Of a stretch of 32,000 nt of DNA, positions 16,649 to 24,208 are shown piece by piece. Position 1 is the stretch's first letter, and each line of letters opens with the position of its first letter. The stretch is from an uncultured archaeon (GTDB lineage: Archaea > Iainarchaeota > Iainarchaeia > Iainarchaeales > 0-14-0-20-30-16), in NCBI GenBank assembly GCA_964595665.1, contig CAZQQS010000004.1, forward strand, positions 10,719 through 42,718. Reading direction: 5' to 3'. A program made the position numbers and the translations under genes. The notes under the pieces are model-generated. The model was not told the origin of the DNA, did not search any database, and was given only the letters and a program-made list of their open reading frames with translations.

Positions 16649-17251
16649 ATGTTTAAACTTATTGTTTTTAATCTTTGGGATACTTTAGCAAAAATTAATG
16701 GTAAACAAACATTAGACTTACTAATTAAAGAATTTAAAATTAAAGATAAGAAAGTATTCAAAAGAAAATTTAATGAAATTTATTTAACAAAACATTGGAA
16801 TTCTAAATTTGAAGCTTACAGAGAAATCTGTAGAGAGTTGAATTTGGGAACAGATGAAAATACAATTAATAAAGCAATAAATATTTCTAATAAAAATCTA
16901 ATTACTATAGAAGTCTTTCCTGAGACATTAAAACTATTACAAAGTTTAAAGAAAAAATACAAATTAGGGATATTATCTAATACAAGTATATTTTTAAAAA
17001 ACATTTTAGAAAAAGAAACTAAAATTTTAAAATATATTGATTATCCTTTGTTCTCATATGATTTAGGTGCAATTAAACCAGAAATAAAAGTATTTAAAAA
17101 TTTATTAAATATTACAAATTTAAAACCTGAAGAAATACTCTATATTAGTAATGATAACACAAAAGATTTAAAACCCGCAAAATCTTTAGGTATGAAAACG
17201 CTTTTATTTAAAGATTTAGAGCAATTAAAAAAAGATTTAGAGGAATTATAA
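16649..17251 (+). CDS. HAD-superfamily hydrolase-like protein with a non-canonical motif I
   Basis: HAD motifs II-IV are recognisable: LGILSNTS, GAIKPE and ISNDNTKDLKPAKSLGM. Motif I reads FNLWDT (16667-16684), with Asn at the nucleophile position. Confidence 0.7.
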   Translation: MFKLIVFNLWDTLAKINGKQTLDLLIKEFKIKDKKVFKRKFNEIYLTKHWNSKFEAYREICRELNLGTDENTINKAINISNKNLITIEVFPETLKLLQSLKKKYKLGILSNTSIFLKNILEKETKILKYIDYPLFSYDLGAIKPEIKVFKNLLNITNLKPEEILYISNDNTKDLKPAKSLGMKTLLFKDLEQLKKDLEEL

Positions 17252-17649
17252 TGGATTGTGTGTTTTGTAAAATAGTTAAAGGAGAAATACCTTGTCATAA
17301 AATATATGAAAGTAATAATTATTTATGCTTCTTAGATATAAATCCAATAACTGAAGGGCACGTATTATTAATACCTAAAAAACACATTGATTATGTTTTT
17401 GATATGCATAGAAATGAATATTCTAGATTGTTCTTAGAAGCAAAAATGATTGCTGAAAAATTAAAAAAGGCAACAAATGTAAAACGAATTGGCATAACAA
17501 TAGAAGGTTTTGCAGTTCCTCATGTTCATATACATTTGGTGCCGTTAACAAAAGGAAATCAATTAAATCCAGAAAATGCAAAACCTTTAAGCCATGATAA
17601 ATTAATAACAATAGCTGATAAAATTAAAAAACAATTTTTGGAGGAATAA
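17251..17649 (+). CDS. HIT-family (histidine triad) nucleotide hydrolase
   Basis: CVFCKI...GHVLLIPKKH...PHVHIHLVP carries the HxHxHxx triad. Its ATG overlaps the TAA of the upstream HAD gene (TAATG), and a GAGGA SD precedes it. Confidence 0.9.
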   Translation: MDCVFCKIVKGEIPCHKIYESNNYLCFLDINPITEGHVLLIPKKHIDYVFDMHRNEYSRLFLEAKMIAEKLKKATNVKRIGITIEGFAVPHVHIHLVPLTKGNQLNPENAKPLSHDKLITIADKIKKQFLEE

Positions 17650-17651
17650 AA

Positions 17652-17777
17652 ATGAAAAAGTTAATTAATAAAATAAAAGGTATTTTTGGTAAAAAAAAGG
17701 AAATTAAAGAGAAAAAAGAACTAAAACCAAAGGAAAAACCTAAAAAAAAGAAAGTTTCAAAAAAAGCTAAAAAATGA
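17652..17777 (+). CDS. Possible 41-aa lysine-rich micro-protein
   Basis: Not in the track. A GGAGG SD (17640-17644) lies 7 nt before ATG 17652. The ORF reads MKKLINKIKGIFGKKKEIKEKKELKPKEKPKKKKVSKKAKK, then TGA at 17775-17777. A hairpin follows. Confidence 0.35.
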   Translation: MKKLINKIKGIFGKKKEIKEKKELKPKEKPKKKKVSKKAKK

Positions 17778-17791
17778 TTAAAACTAAAAAC

Positions 17792-17820
17792 TGCTAAAGC
17801 AAAAAACCTAAGCTTTAGCA
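17792..17820 (+). terminator. Hairpin followed by a T-run downstream of the HAD-HIT-microORF unit
   Basis: A 9-bp stem TGCTAAAGC / GCTTTAGCA (17792-17800 and 17812-17820) with an 11-nt loop, then AGTCTAATTTTT. Confidence 0.35.
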
Positions 17821-17941
17821 AGTCTAATTTTTAAAACCACGAGATTCCTTTTTAAACTGAATTAACTTAATATATTTAGTTTTTGGAAAGGGTGATAATT
17901 TGAATTTCAATGTTAATGGAGTAAGAGGCAATACGCCTAAA

Positions 17942-18049
17942 ATGGGATATACCTGTATGAATTGTAGAAAAGAAATCGAGAATCCAGAAGGCCCTTTTGG
18001 AAAAAGATTTTGCTCTGAAGAATGTAGAAGAGAATATATGGGAAAGTAG
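17942..18049 (+). CDS. Small zinc-ribbon protein (DUF2116-like CxxC...FCSxxC)
   Basis: Not in the track, whose ORF 17997..18242 is in another frame. It reads MGYTCMNCRKEIENPEGPFGKRFCSEECRREYMGK, with TAG at 18047-18049. An in-frame TTG at 17900 preceded by GGTGAT (17891-17896) is an alternative start that would add 14 aa. Confidence 0.5.
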   Translation: MGYTCMNCRKEIENPEGPFGKRFCSEECRREYMGK

Positions 18050-18064
18050 TTTTTTAAATTACTT

Positions 18065-18685
18065 TTATTTTATTACTTTACCAGTTTCAATATACCATAA
18101 ATATAAATCTAATTCTGCCAAGTTTAAATTGGCTTTTTTTCCTATTTTTTCTAGTATTCTTTCTGCGTCTAAATATACTTTTGGAGTAATCGTTTTTGGT
18201 TTTATAATTAATTTATTTTTAACTAATAGATCTAAAATATGAAAATCAATAATTGCTAAATTTTCATAACCTATATTTCTTAAAAAATGACTTGACTCTT
18301 TTAAACCTAAACCTTTAACATTTTTTGCTAAATAATCTCTTAATTCAAATTCATCTTTAATATCATCTAAAATATTTCTTAAATTATGTTTTCTTGCTTC
18401 AACAATATATTTTGCCCTAGTATTAGGAAATCTATGACCCAATTCTTTTAATTTTTCAGCTAACTTATTTTCATCTAATGTAAATAATTTATCTTGTAAA
18501 GTATTTTGAATCTTTAATGATTTTTCTGCATTAAAATTTGCTGCCATTAAACAAAAACATAATTCTTGAAATAATAAATTATTAGATGTTTTCTTCAAAG
18601 ATTTAAAGTCTTTTATTTTATTATCAATTATATTTTTTATTTCTGTTTTCTGTAAAATTTTTATTTTATTTATTAAATCAATCAT
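18065..18685 (-). CDS. ogg: 8-oxoguanine DNA glycosylase/AP lyase, archaeal Ogg2 type
   Basis: It appears co-linear over its whole length with what I recall of archaeal Ogg2 proteins: ELCFCLMAANFNAE, LGHRFPNTRAKYIVEAR, VKGLGLKESSHFLRNIGYENLAIIDFHIL and LDLYLWYIETGKVIK. I placed the start at ATG 18685 after GTGA; the track start at 18709 is TTG. Confidence 0.9.
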   Translation of the reverse strand: MIDLINKIKILQKTEIKNIIDNKIKDFKSLKKTSNNLLFQELCFCLMAANFNAEKSLKIQNTLQDKLFTLDENKLAEKLKELGHRFPNTRAKYIVEARKHNLRNILDDIKDEFELRDYLAKNVKGLGLKESSHFLRNIGYENLAIIDFHILDLLVKNKLIIKPKTITPKVYLDAERILEKIGKKANLNLAELDLYLWYIETGKVIK

Positions 18686-18689
18686 AATT

Positions 18690-19256
18690 TCACATAAATC
18701 TTTTTTCAACTATCTTCCAATCAATTGAATTAAAAATTGTGTTAACATAATCTACTTTTTTTAAACCATAATCTAACATATATGCGTGTTCAAAAACATC
18801 TATTACCAACAATATATCTAATCCAGCTAATAATCCTAAATCATGTTCATTTACCCAAATATTAAATAATTTATTTTCTAAAGAATCATATGCTAATACT
18901 ACCCAACCTATGCCTCTCATAGCTGTTAAAGATTTAAATTCTTTCTCGAAATTATCAAAAGAGTTATATTGTTCAAGAATTAATTTCCCTATATTTGATT
19001 CCGCATTAAATTTTATTGGATTTAAAGACAAATTTTCAAAATATAATTCATGTAATCTCATTCCATTAAATTCCCAACCAAATCTTCTATGTAATTCCGC
19101 ATATTCTGGACTTGCTTTATCTAAAGTACTTAACAAAGTTAATAATTTATTTGTATTATTTACATATCCCTGATACAAAGTAAAATGATTTTTTAATAAA
19201 TCATTTGATAAACCATTTATTCCCAATAAAAAATCATAATTTTTTATTTCATACAT
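18690..19256 (-). CDS. sod: Fe/Mn-family superoxide dismutase (divergent)
   Basis: Residues at the four metal-ligand positions are visible: NHFTLYQGYV (His), RLHELYFENL (His) and DVFEHAYMLDY (Asp and His). I placed the start at ATG 19256 after a GGTGA SD; the track start at 19277 is GTG. Confidence 0.85.
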   Translation of the reverse strand: MYEIKNYDFLLGINGLSNDLLKNHFTLYQGYVNNTNKLLTLLSTLDKASPEYAELHRRFGWEFNGMRLHELYFENLSLNPIKFNAESNIGKLILEQYNSFDNFEKEFKSLTAMRGIGWVVLAYDSLENKLFNIWVNEHDLGLLAGLDILLVIDVFEHAYMLDYGLKKVDYVNTIFNSIDWKIVEKRFM

Positions 19257-19323
19257 ATTTTCACCTATAAAAGACACCCAAAACCCTTTTTAAACATTAT
19301 TATTTTCCAAAATAAAACATACA

Positions 19324-19331
19324 TTTATATA
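19324..19331 (+). promoter_or_regulatory. TATA-box-like element for the zinc-ribbon gene
   Basis: TTTATATA lies about 62 nt upstream of ATG 19393. The predicted transcription start falls at the foot of the hairpin at 19354-19371. Confidence 0.35.
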
Positions 19332-19392
19332 CTTTTAAGGCCCAATTACATAATACCAAACCGTTTTGGTAAGTATAGGAGAATGAAAATAG

Positions 19393-19608
19393 ATGTATAA
19401 TAGAGATGATAGAAATAATAACAGAAGTAGCTTTGGAGGCAATTACCAAAGACAAATGCACGATGCTACATGTAGTGAATGCGGTAAAAAAACACAAGTT
19501 CCATTTAAACCAAAAGAAGGATTACCAGTTTTTTGTAAAGAATGTTATTTCAAAAACAAAAATGGTGGAAAAACTTACACTAAAAAAGAAGACGAAGAAG
19601 AATATTAA
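19393..19608 (+). CDS. CxxC-x17-CxxC zinc-ribbon protein with disordered Asn/Arg-rich N-terminus and acidic tail
   Basis: CSEC, then GKKTQVPFKPKEGLPVF (17 aa), then CKEC. The VPFKP...PV.C..C pattern matches the widespread CxxC-x17-CxxC domain. An AGGAG SD lies upstream. Confidence 0.7.
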   Translation: MYNRDDRNNNRSSFGGNYQRQMHDATCSECGKKTQVPFKPKEGLPVFCKECYFKNKNGGKTYTKKEDEEEY

Positions 19609-19631
19609 TTAATTTATTAATGACTATTTAT

Positions 19632-19672
19632 AGAGTATTTTTTTAAATTTACTCTTTCTTTTTTTTATTTTT
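19632..19672 (+). terminator. Weak hairpin plus long oligo-T tract between convergent genes
   Basis: A 6-bp stem AGAGTA (19632-19637) / TACTCT (19650-19655) is followed by TTCTTTTTTTTTATTTTT, an oligo-T signal of the archaeal terminator type. Confidence 0.35.
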
Positions 19673-20536
19673 CTAATTAGTCCTAATTATTCTTAAAGTA
19701 AATAATTCTGGTGCCAAATGAGTATTTACGATTTCAAAATCAAAATCTAAATTAAGATTATAATCTTTATTATATCTTTTTACAGCCAACTTCAAATATT
19801 TTAAAAAATATTCTCTAGCATATTCATTACTTAACCTAGGAATATTAGTATTTTCTAAATAATAAGATAATTTCCCTATGGCATTATGATCTTTAATAAT
19901 TTTCTTAGACATGATTAAATTTCTTAACCTACTTTGCAATTGCAAAACATTTATAGTTAAATATGCTTCACCACCTTTTGCCAACATTAACGCGGTAAAA
20001 AAAGATGTTTTTTCAGGATAATTTGTATGATATCCTACAGAATACACACCCTCAATAAAATCATATCTACCAAGAATTTCTTTTAATAAATATCGATTAT
20101 ATTCTGGATTTGTCCACAGCTCTTCAAAAGTAAAATTATCTGAAAAATCTTTTCGAACTATTTTTCTAGCACTTCTAACTATTGATTTAGTTAAACCAAA
20201 TACATCAATTTCAGGAGATTTACCTACAATTTCAAAACTTCGTTTTATTTTAGGGATATTTTCTCCTAATGATGGGCCTAAAATCATTATTTTAGGTTTT
20301 TTAATATTAGATGTAAGAATAGAATCATAAAACTGAGGATATTTTATATCTTGACCATTTACATTCCAATCAGTATCTCTAGATTTTGATTTTTTAGATT
20401 CGAAAATATAATCTATAAAAAAACTATTATTTATTTTCTTTCTATTTGCTCTAACCTGGTCTTTAAACTCAGGAGTTAAAAATACTTTTCCGTCTTTTAT
20501 GTAAGTTCTTTTTGGTTTTAGCAAAGGTTTAAACAT
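19673..20536 (-). CDS. Hypothetical protein, possibly a divergent Rossmann-fold methyltransferase-like protein
   Basis: A 287-aa ORF. IMILGPSLGE, EIDVFGL, YDFIEGVYSVGYH and LAKGGEAYLTI loosely follow class I SAM-methyltransferase motifs I, II, IV and post-motif order. The assignment is weak. Confidence 0.45.
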   Translation of the reverse strand: MFKPLLKPKRTYIKDGKVFLTPEFKDQVRANRKKINNSFFIDYIFESKKSKSRDTDWNVNGQDIKYPQFYDSILTSNIKKPKIMILGPSLGENIPKIKRSFEIVGKSPEIDVFGLTKSIVRSARKIVRKDFSDNFTFEELWTNPEYNRYLLKEILGRYDFIEGVYSVGYHTNYPEKTSFFTALMLAKGGEAYLTINVLQLQSRLRNLIMSKKIIKDHNAIGKLSYYLENTNIPRLSNEYAREYFLKYLKLAVKRYNKDYNLNLDFDFEIVNTHLAPELFTLRIIRTN

Positions 20537-20614
20537 ATTAATTTAATATAAAGATTATTATTTAAACAGTATTCTTTTGCAAAGTTATTTATAATCTAAT
20601 AATATTATAATATT

Positions 20615-21412
20615 ATGTTTGCAGAATTTGTTTTAGGATTTATTCAAGGAATTGCAGAATGGATTCCAATAAGCTCAGAAGCTATGATTGTATTAGTTGC
20701 AAAAAACTTCTTCTTTACAACATTTAATTTAGAGAACTTAATTAAATTAGCTTTATTTTTACATTTGGGAACTTTCTTTTCAGCATTAATATATTTTTGG
20801 AAAGATATTGTAATCTACTTAAAAGGCATTTTAAATTATAAAACACAAACTTTAGAAACAAAAAATATTATTAAATTCTTAATTATAACAACTTTAATTT
20901 CTGGGATGTTGGGATTCTTAATATTAAAATTATTAATTAACTTAACAGAAAATTTTGAATTTACTGGGAAATTAATAACTTTTATTATTGGATTGCTATT
21001 AATTATCACAGGAATATTATTGTTATTGCAAAAAAAGATTTCTGGAATCCGAACAGCAAAGAACTTAAATTATTTTGATGCAATTATTTTAGGATTAGTT
21101 CAAGGATTTGCAGTTTTACCAGGATTATCTAGATCTGGACTAACTATTTCAGCACTATTATTTAGAAAAATAGATAAAACCTTAGCATTAAAATTAAGTT
21201 TCTTAATGAGCTTACCAATAGTATTAGCAGGAAATATTATATTAAACTTGGAATATTTTGCGTTTACTTTAGCAAACTTTATTGCACTATTTACAGCATT
21301 TATAGTTGGATTATTAACTATACATTTATTAATTAAATTCTCTGAGAAAGTTAATTTCGGAATATTTGTTATTGTTTTTGGACTAATTTCAATAATAACT
21401 TTTTTTATTTAA
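20615..21412 (+). CDS. uppP: Undecaprenyl/polyprenyl-diphosphate phosphatase (UppP/BacA family)
   Basis: LGFIQGIAEWIPISSEAM and GLVQGFAVLPGLSRSGLTISA match the two BacA signature regions. The protein has about 8 TM helices. Confidence 0.9.
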   Translation: MFAEFVLGFIQGIAEWIPISSEAMIVLVAKNFFFTTFNLENLIKLALFLHLGTFFSALIYFWKDIVIYLKGILNYKTQTLETKNIIKFLIITTLISGMLGFLILKLLINLTENFEFTGKLITFIIGLLLIITGILLLLQKKISGIRTAKNLNYFDAIILGLVQGFAVLPGLSRSGLTISALLFRKIDKTLALKLSFLMSLPIVLAGNIILNLEYFAFTLANFIALFTAFIVGLLTIHLLIKFSEKVNFGIFVIVFGLISIITFFI

Positions 21413-21414
21413 AT

Positions 21415-22350
21415 TTAATTCTTATGTAAAAATTTATAAGCAGTTTCAGAAGCTAAAGCTCCAGTTGCAACTGCAGAAACAATTTGTTTCATACCATTTA
21501 ATGCATTAGCACAATCACCAGCAGCATATAATCCTTGAACATTTGTAGACATATCAGCATTTACTTTAATATAACCACTATCATCTAATTCTAAATTTAA
21601 TTTTTGTGTTAGATTTAATACTGGAATACTTCCAGCTTCAATAAAAACACCATCTAATTGCAATTCTTTTGTTTCATTAGTTTTTACATTTTCTAAAACT
21701 ATATTTGCAACTTTCATTGTGCCAGTAATCTTATTTACAACAGTATTTAAAATAAATTCTACTTTTTCACATTTCCTTGCTAAATCAATCTCAGTAGCAT
21801 CCGCTCTAAATTCTTCTCTTCTATGTATTAAATAAACTTTATTTGCAAATTTTGATAAATGTAATACTGCTCCAAAAGCAGAATTCCCTCCACCAACAAC
21901 TGCAACAGTTTTATTCTTAAAAAACGGAGCATCACAAGTGGCACAATAGCTTACCCCTCGCCCTAAGAACTTATCTTCGCCTTCAATATTCAATTTTTTT
22001 CTTTTTGTTCCGGTTGCAATAATTACAGTTTTAGATCTTATTATCTCATTACCATCTGTTAACAACTCAAACACTTCTTTTTTATTAATTTCAACAACAT
22101 TTTTTGTATATAATTCACCATTTAATGATAAATAATGTTCTTGCATTTTATTACTCAAATCCATTCCTGTAATGCTACTAAACCCAGGATAATTCTCTAT
22201 TAAATGTGTTTGAGAAACATATCCTCCGGGCACATCTCCAATTAATAAAACATCTAAATTATATCTTTTAGCATAAATTCCCGCACTATAAGATGCTGGC
22301 CCCAATCCTATTACTATTAAATCATAAATCTTATTTTCATAATTACTCAT
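21415..22350 (-). CDS. trxB: Thioredoxin-disulfide reductase
   Basis: FAD motif DLIVIGLGPASYSAG, redox centre CATCDA, NADPH motif VVGGGNSAFGAVLHL...HRREEFRA, and YAAGDC. I placed the start at ATG 22350 after a GTGAT SD. Confidence 0.9.
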   Translation of the reverse strand: MSNYENKIYDLIVIGLGPASYSAGIYAKRYNLDVLLIGDVPGGYVSQTHLIENYPGFSSITGMDLSNKMQEHYLSLNGELYTKNVVEINKKEVFELLTDGNEIIRSKTVIIATGTKRKKLNIEGEDKFLGRGVSYCATCDAPFFKNKTVAVVGGGNSAFGAVLHLSKFANKVYLIHRREEFRADATEIDLARKCEKVEFILNTVVNKITGTMKVANIVLENVKTNETKELQLDGVFIEAGSIPVLNLTQKLNLELDDSGYIKVNADMSTNVQGLYAAGDCANALNGMKQIVSAVATGALASETAYKFLHKN

Positions 22351-22383
22351 AAACATCACTTCAATTAATTCTACAAATATAAA

Positions 22384-23013
22384 CTATAAATATTTTAATA
22401 AATCATTATGATTTTTTATTCTTAAAACCTCTTTAGGCATTTCCTTATAAGCATCTTCCAAATCATAATAAACAAAATCCATATTAATTGCTTTACAAGC
22501 CAAATAATCTGTATATGCATCTCCTATGTAAACACAATCTTTTACTTTTAATTCCAACATAGAAATTGCTTTTAATAATGGTTCTGGATTTGGTTTGCCT
22601 AAAATAGTATCATCTCTAGTAATAATCACTTTAAACTCATTAAATATAGGTAATTGTTTTTTTAATAAATTCATTAAACGAGAAGAACTTGAAGTACATA
22701 TACTTAAAACATATTTTTTCTCTAATTTAGTTTTAACTTCTAAAAAATCTTTAAACACCTTAACTTTATTTAAATTTAAATAAAAATATTCTCGCTTTAA
22801 ATTAATAAATTCTTCTATTTTATTAGAATTTTTCCCCAAAGCAAAAATTGCGGCTTCTAAATTACCTACACCTCTTTGATAATCTAAAAACTTTTTATCT
22901 ATTTTTAATTTTAATTTATTAATTGCATAATTCCAAGAATCTTCATTTAGTTTAATAGTATCTATAATTGTGCCATCCAAATCAAAAATAATTGCTTTTT
23001 TATTTTTTAACAT
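22384..23013 (-). CDS. HAD-superfamily hydrolase, subfamily IA (beta-phosphoglucomutase/phosphatase-like)
   Basis: It carries the canonical motif I IIFDLDGTIIDT, plus SICTSSS, GKPNPE and YIGDAYTDYLACKA. Confidence 0.85.
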   Translation of the reverse strand: MLKNKKAIIFDLDGTIIDTIKLNEDSWNYAINKLKLKIDKKFLDYQRGVGNLEAAIFALGKNSNKIEEFINLKREYFYLNLNKVKVFKDFLEVKTKLEKKYVLSICTSSSSRLMNLLKKQLPIFNEFKVIITRDDTILGKPNPEPLLKAISMLELKVKDCVYIGDAYTDYLACKAINMDFVYYDLEDAYKEMPKEVLRIKNHNDLLKYL

Positions 23014-23015
23014 AT

Positions 23016-24203
23016 TTATAACTCTCTTTGTTTTGCTAAATAAATTTTTTTAGTTATTTTCTTCTCAATATACGGAGAAATCTTATCAATTAAATCTTTA
23101 TCAATTAAATTACCTAAAACATATTTCCCTAACCAATACGCATCAATATTAAATAATTGTTCTAAAGAATTTTCTTTTAATATCTTTTTTAGTTCTTCAT
23201 ATTTCAAAGTATTTTTAGTAGGTAAATTTAAAGAATCAAATTCCATAACTCTAATGTTTGTTAATGCCCCCGAGATAGTTTGTAAATTTTCTCTTTTTGC
23301 ATAATCAAATATCTTTTCTTTTGTTTCTTCCAATTCTAAATTTATTTTATCTTTTTCTAATTCTAATTCATAATATTTATTTACTAAATTTACGCCATCA
23401 TCTTTTTTAAATTCTTCAATAGTTAATTGTTTTGTTTTAAACAAATGTTTTTTTATTGGACAATAAGATGCATATGCACACCACTCACATAAAATACTTT
23501 CTTTGGGTTTAAAATCCTCTTTTAATAAATTTTCTATATGAATTATTCTTTCCAAAATATTTGTTTTTAATTTTTCATAATCTTCTTCGGTTTTTGTTAA
23601 AATTATATCTGTATCAAAAGCCAAAAAATGCCAAACCAATTTTACTTCTTTTACATCAGTATATTTTTCTTTTATCGCTATAGCATATAATGCTAACTGC
23701 TTATTTTTAGTTATTTCTTCATTTGTTGGCAAGCTTCCAGAGGTTTTATAATCATGAATATAATAAACCCCATCTTTAATTGCCAATCGATCAATATACC
23801 CTATGATACTATAATCATCAGTTAATTGCAAATTAACTTCTTGTTCCAAACCAATAGTATAATCTTGATCAAAAGGATAAAATCTTTTATAATAATCAGT
23901 TAAGTATCTTACGCCCAAATCAAAATAATGTTTATCATTAACTTCTTTTTTAACAATTTTAATTTCCTCATTAAAATCTTTTTCCCATTCTTTTTTATAA
24001 ATATCTAAAACTTGTTCCAAAGTTAATATTTCGCCTAACTTTTGTTTTTTATATAACTCTTCCAAAGCATCATGCACTTTAGAACCCATAAAAGATTCAA
24101 TTGAATTATCAAAATCTTTTTCTAATTTATCTAAATAATTGAATTTATATTGCAAAGCACAATTATCAAAACTACTTAATCTAGAATATGAATATTTTGG
24201 CAT
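23016..24203 (-). CDS. PD-(D/E)XK nuclease, Cas4/AddB-like with a 4-Cys Fe-S signature and a C-terminal extension
   Basis: YSYSRLSSFDNCALQYKF (N-terminal Cys), GYIDRL, IHDYKTS (D...DxK), QLALYAI (QxxxY) and CEWCAYASYC (CxxCx5C). About 140 further residues have coiled-coil-like character. I placed the start at ATG 24203, after a GGAGTGAT SD embedded in the alaS 3' end. Confidence 0.8.
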   Translation of the reverse strand: MPKYSYSRLSSFDNCALQYKFNYLDKLEKDFDNSIESFMGSKVHDALEELYKKQKLGEILTLEQVLDIYKKEWEKDFNEEIKIVKKEVNDKHYFDLGVRYLTDYYKRFYPFDQDYTIGLEQEVNLQLTDDYSIIGYIDRLAIKDGVYYIHDYKTSGSLPTNEEITKNKQLALYAIAIKEKYTDVKEVKLVWHFLAFDTDIILTKTEEDYEKLKTNILERIIHIENLLKEDFKPKESILCEWCAYASYCPIKKHLFKTKQLTIEEFKKDDGVNLVNKYYELELEKDKINLELEETKEKIFDYAKRENLQTISGALTNIRVMEFDSLNLPTKNTLKYEELKKILKENSLEQLFNIDAYWLGKYVLGNLIDKDLIDKISPYIEKKITKKIYLAKQREL

Positions 24204-24208
24204 TTTAA

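Noticed and set aside
17624-17821. Track ORF of 65 aa on the minus strand, extremely Phe-rich.
   Set aside because: It is the antisense shadow of the A-rich, Lys-coding plus strand. It is low complexity and has no SD. The plus-strand ORF has GGAGG-N7-ATG and a downstream hairpin.
17997-18242. Track ORF of 81 aa on the plus strand.
   Set aside because: It overlaps the well-supported ogg gene on the opposite strand and shows no motif. A different plus frame ending at 18049 encodes a convincing Cys4 zinc ribbon.
19300-19612. Track ORFs 19300..19497 (minus) and 19406..19612 (plus, alternative frame).
   Set aside because: They overlap the CxxC-x17-CxxC zinc-ribbon ORF, which has an SD and a recognisable domain. 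The alternatives have no motif or start context.
23016-24203. The Cas4-like nuclease as a marker of a CRISPR-Cas locus.
   Set aside because: No repeats and no cas1, cas2 or effector genes occur anywhere in the window, and the gene is embedded in a housekeeping operon.
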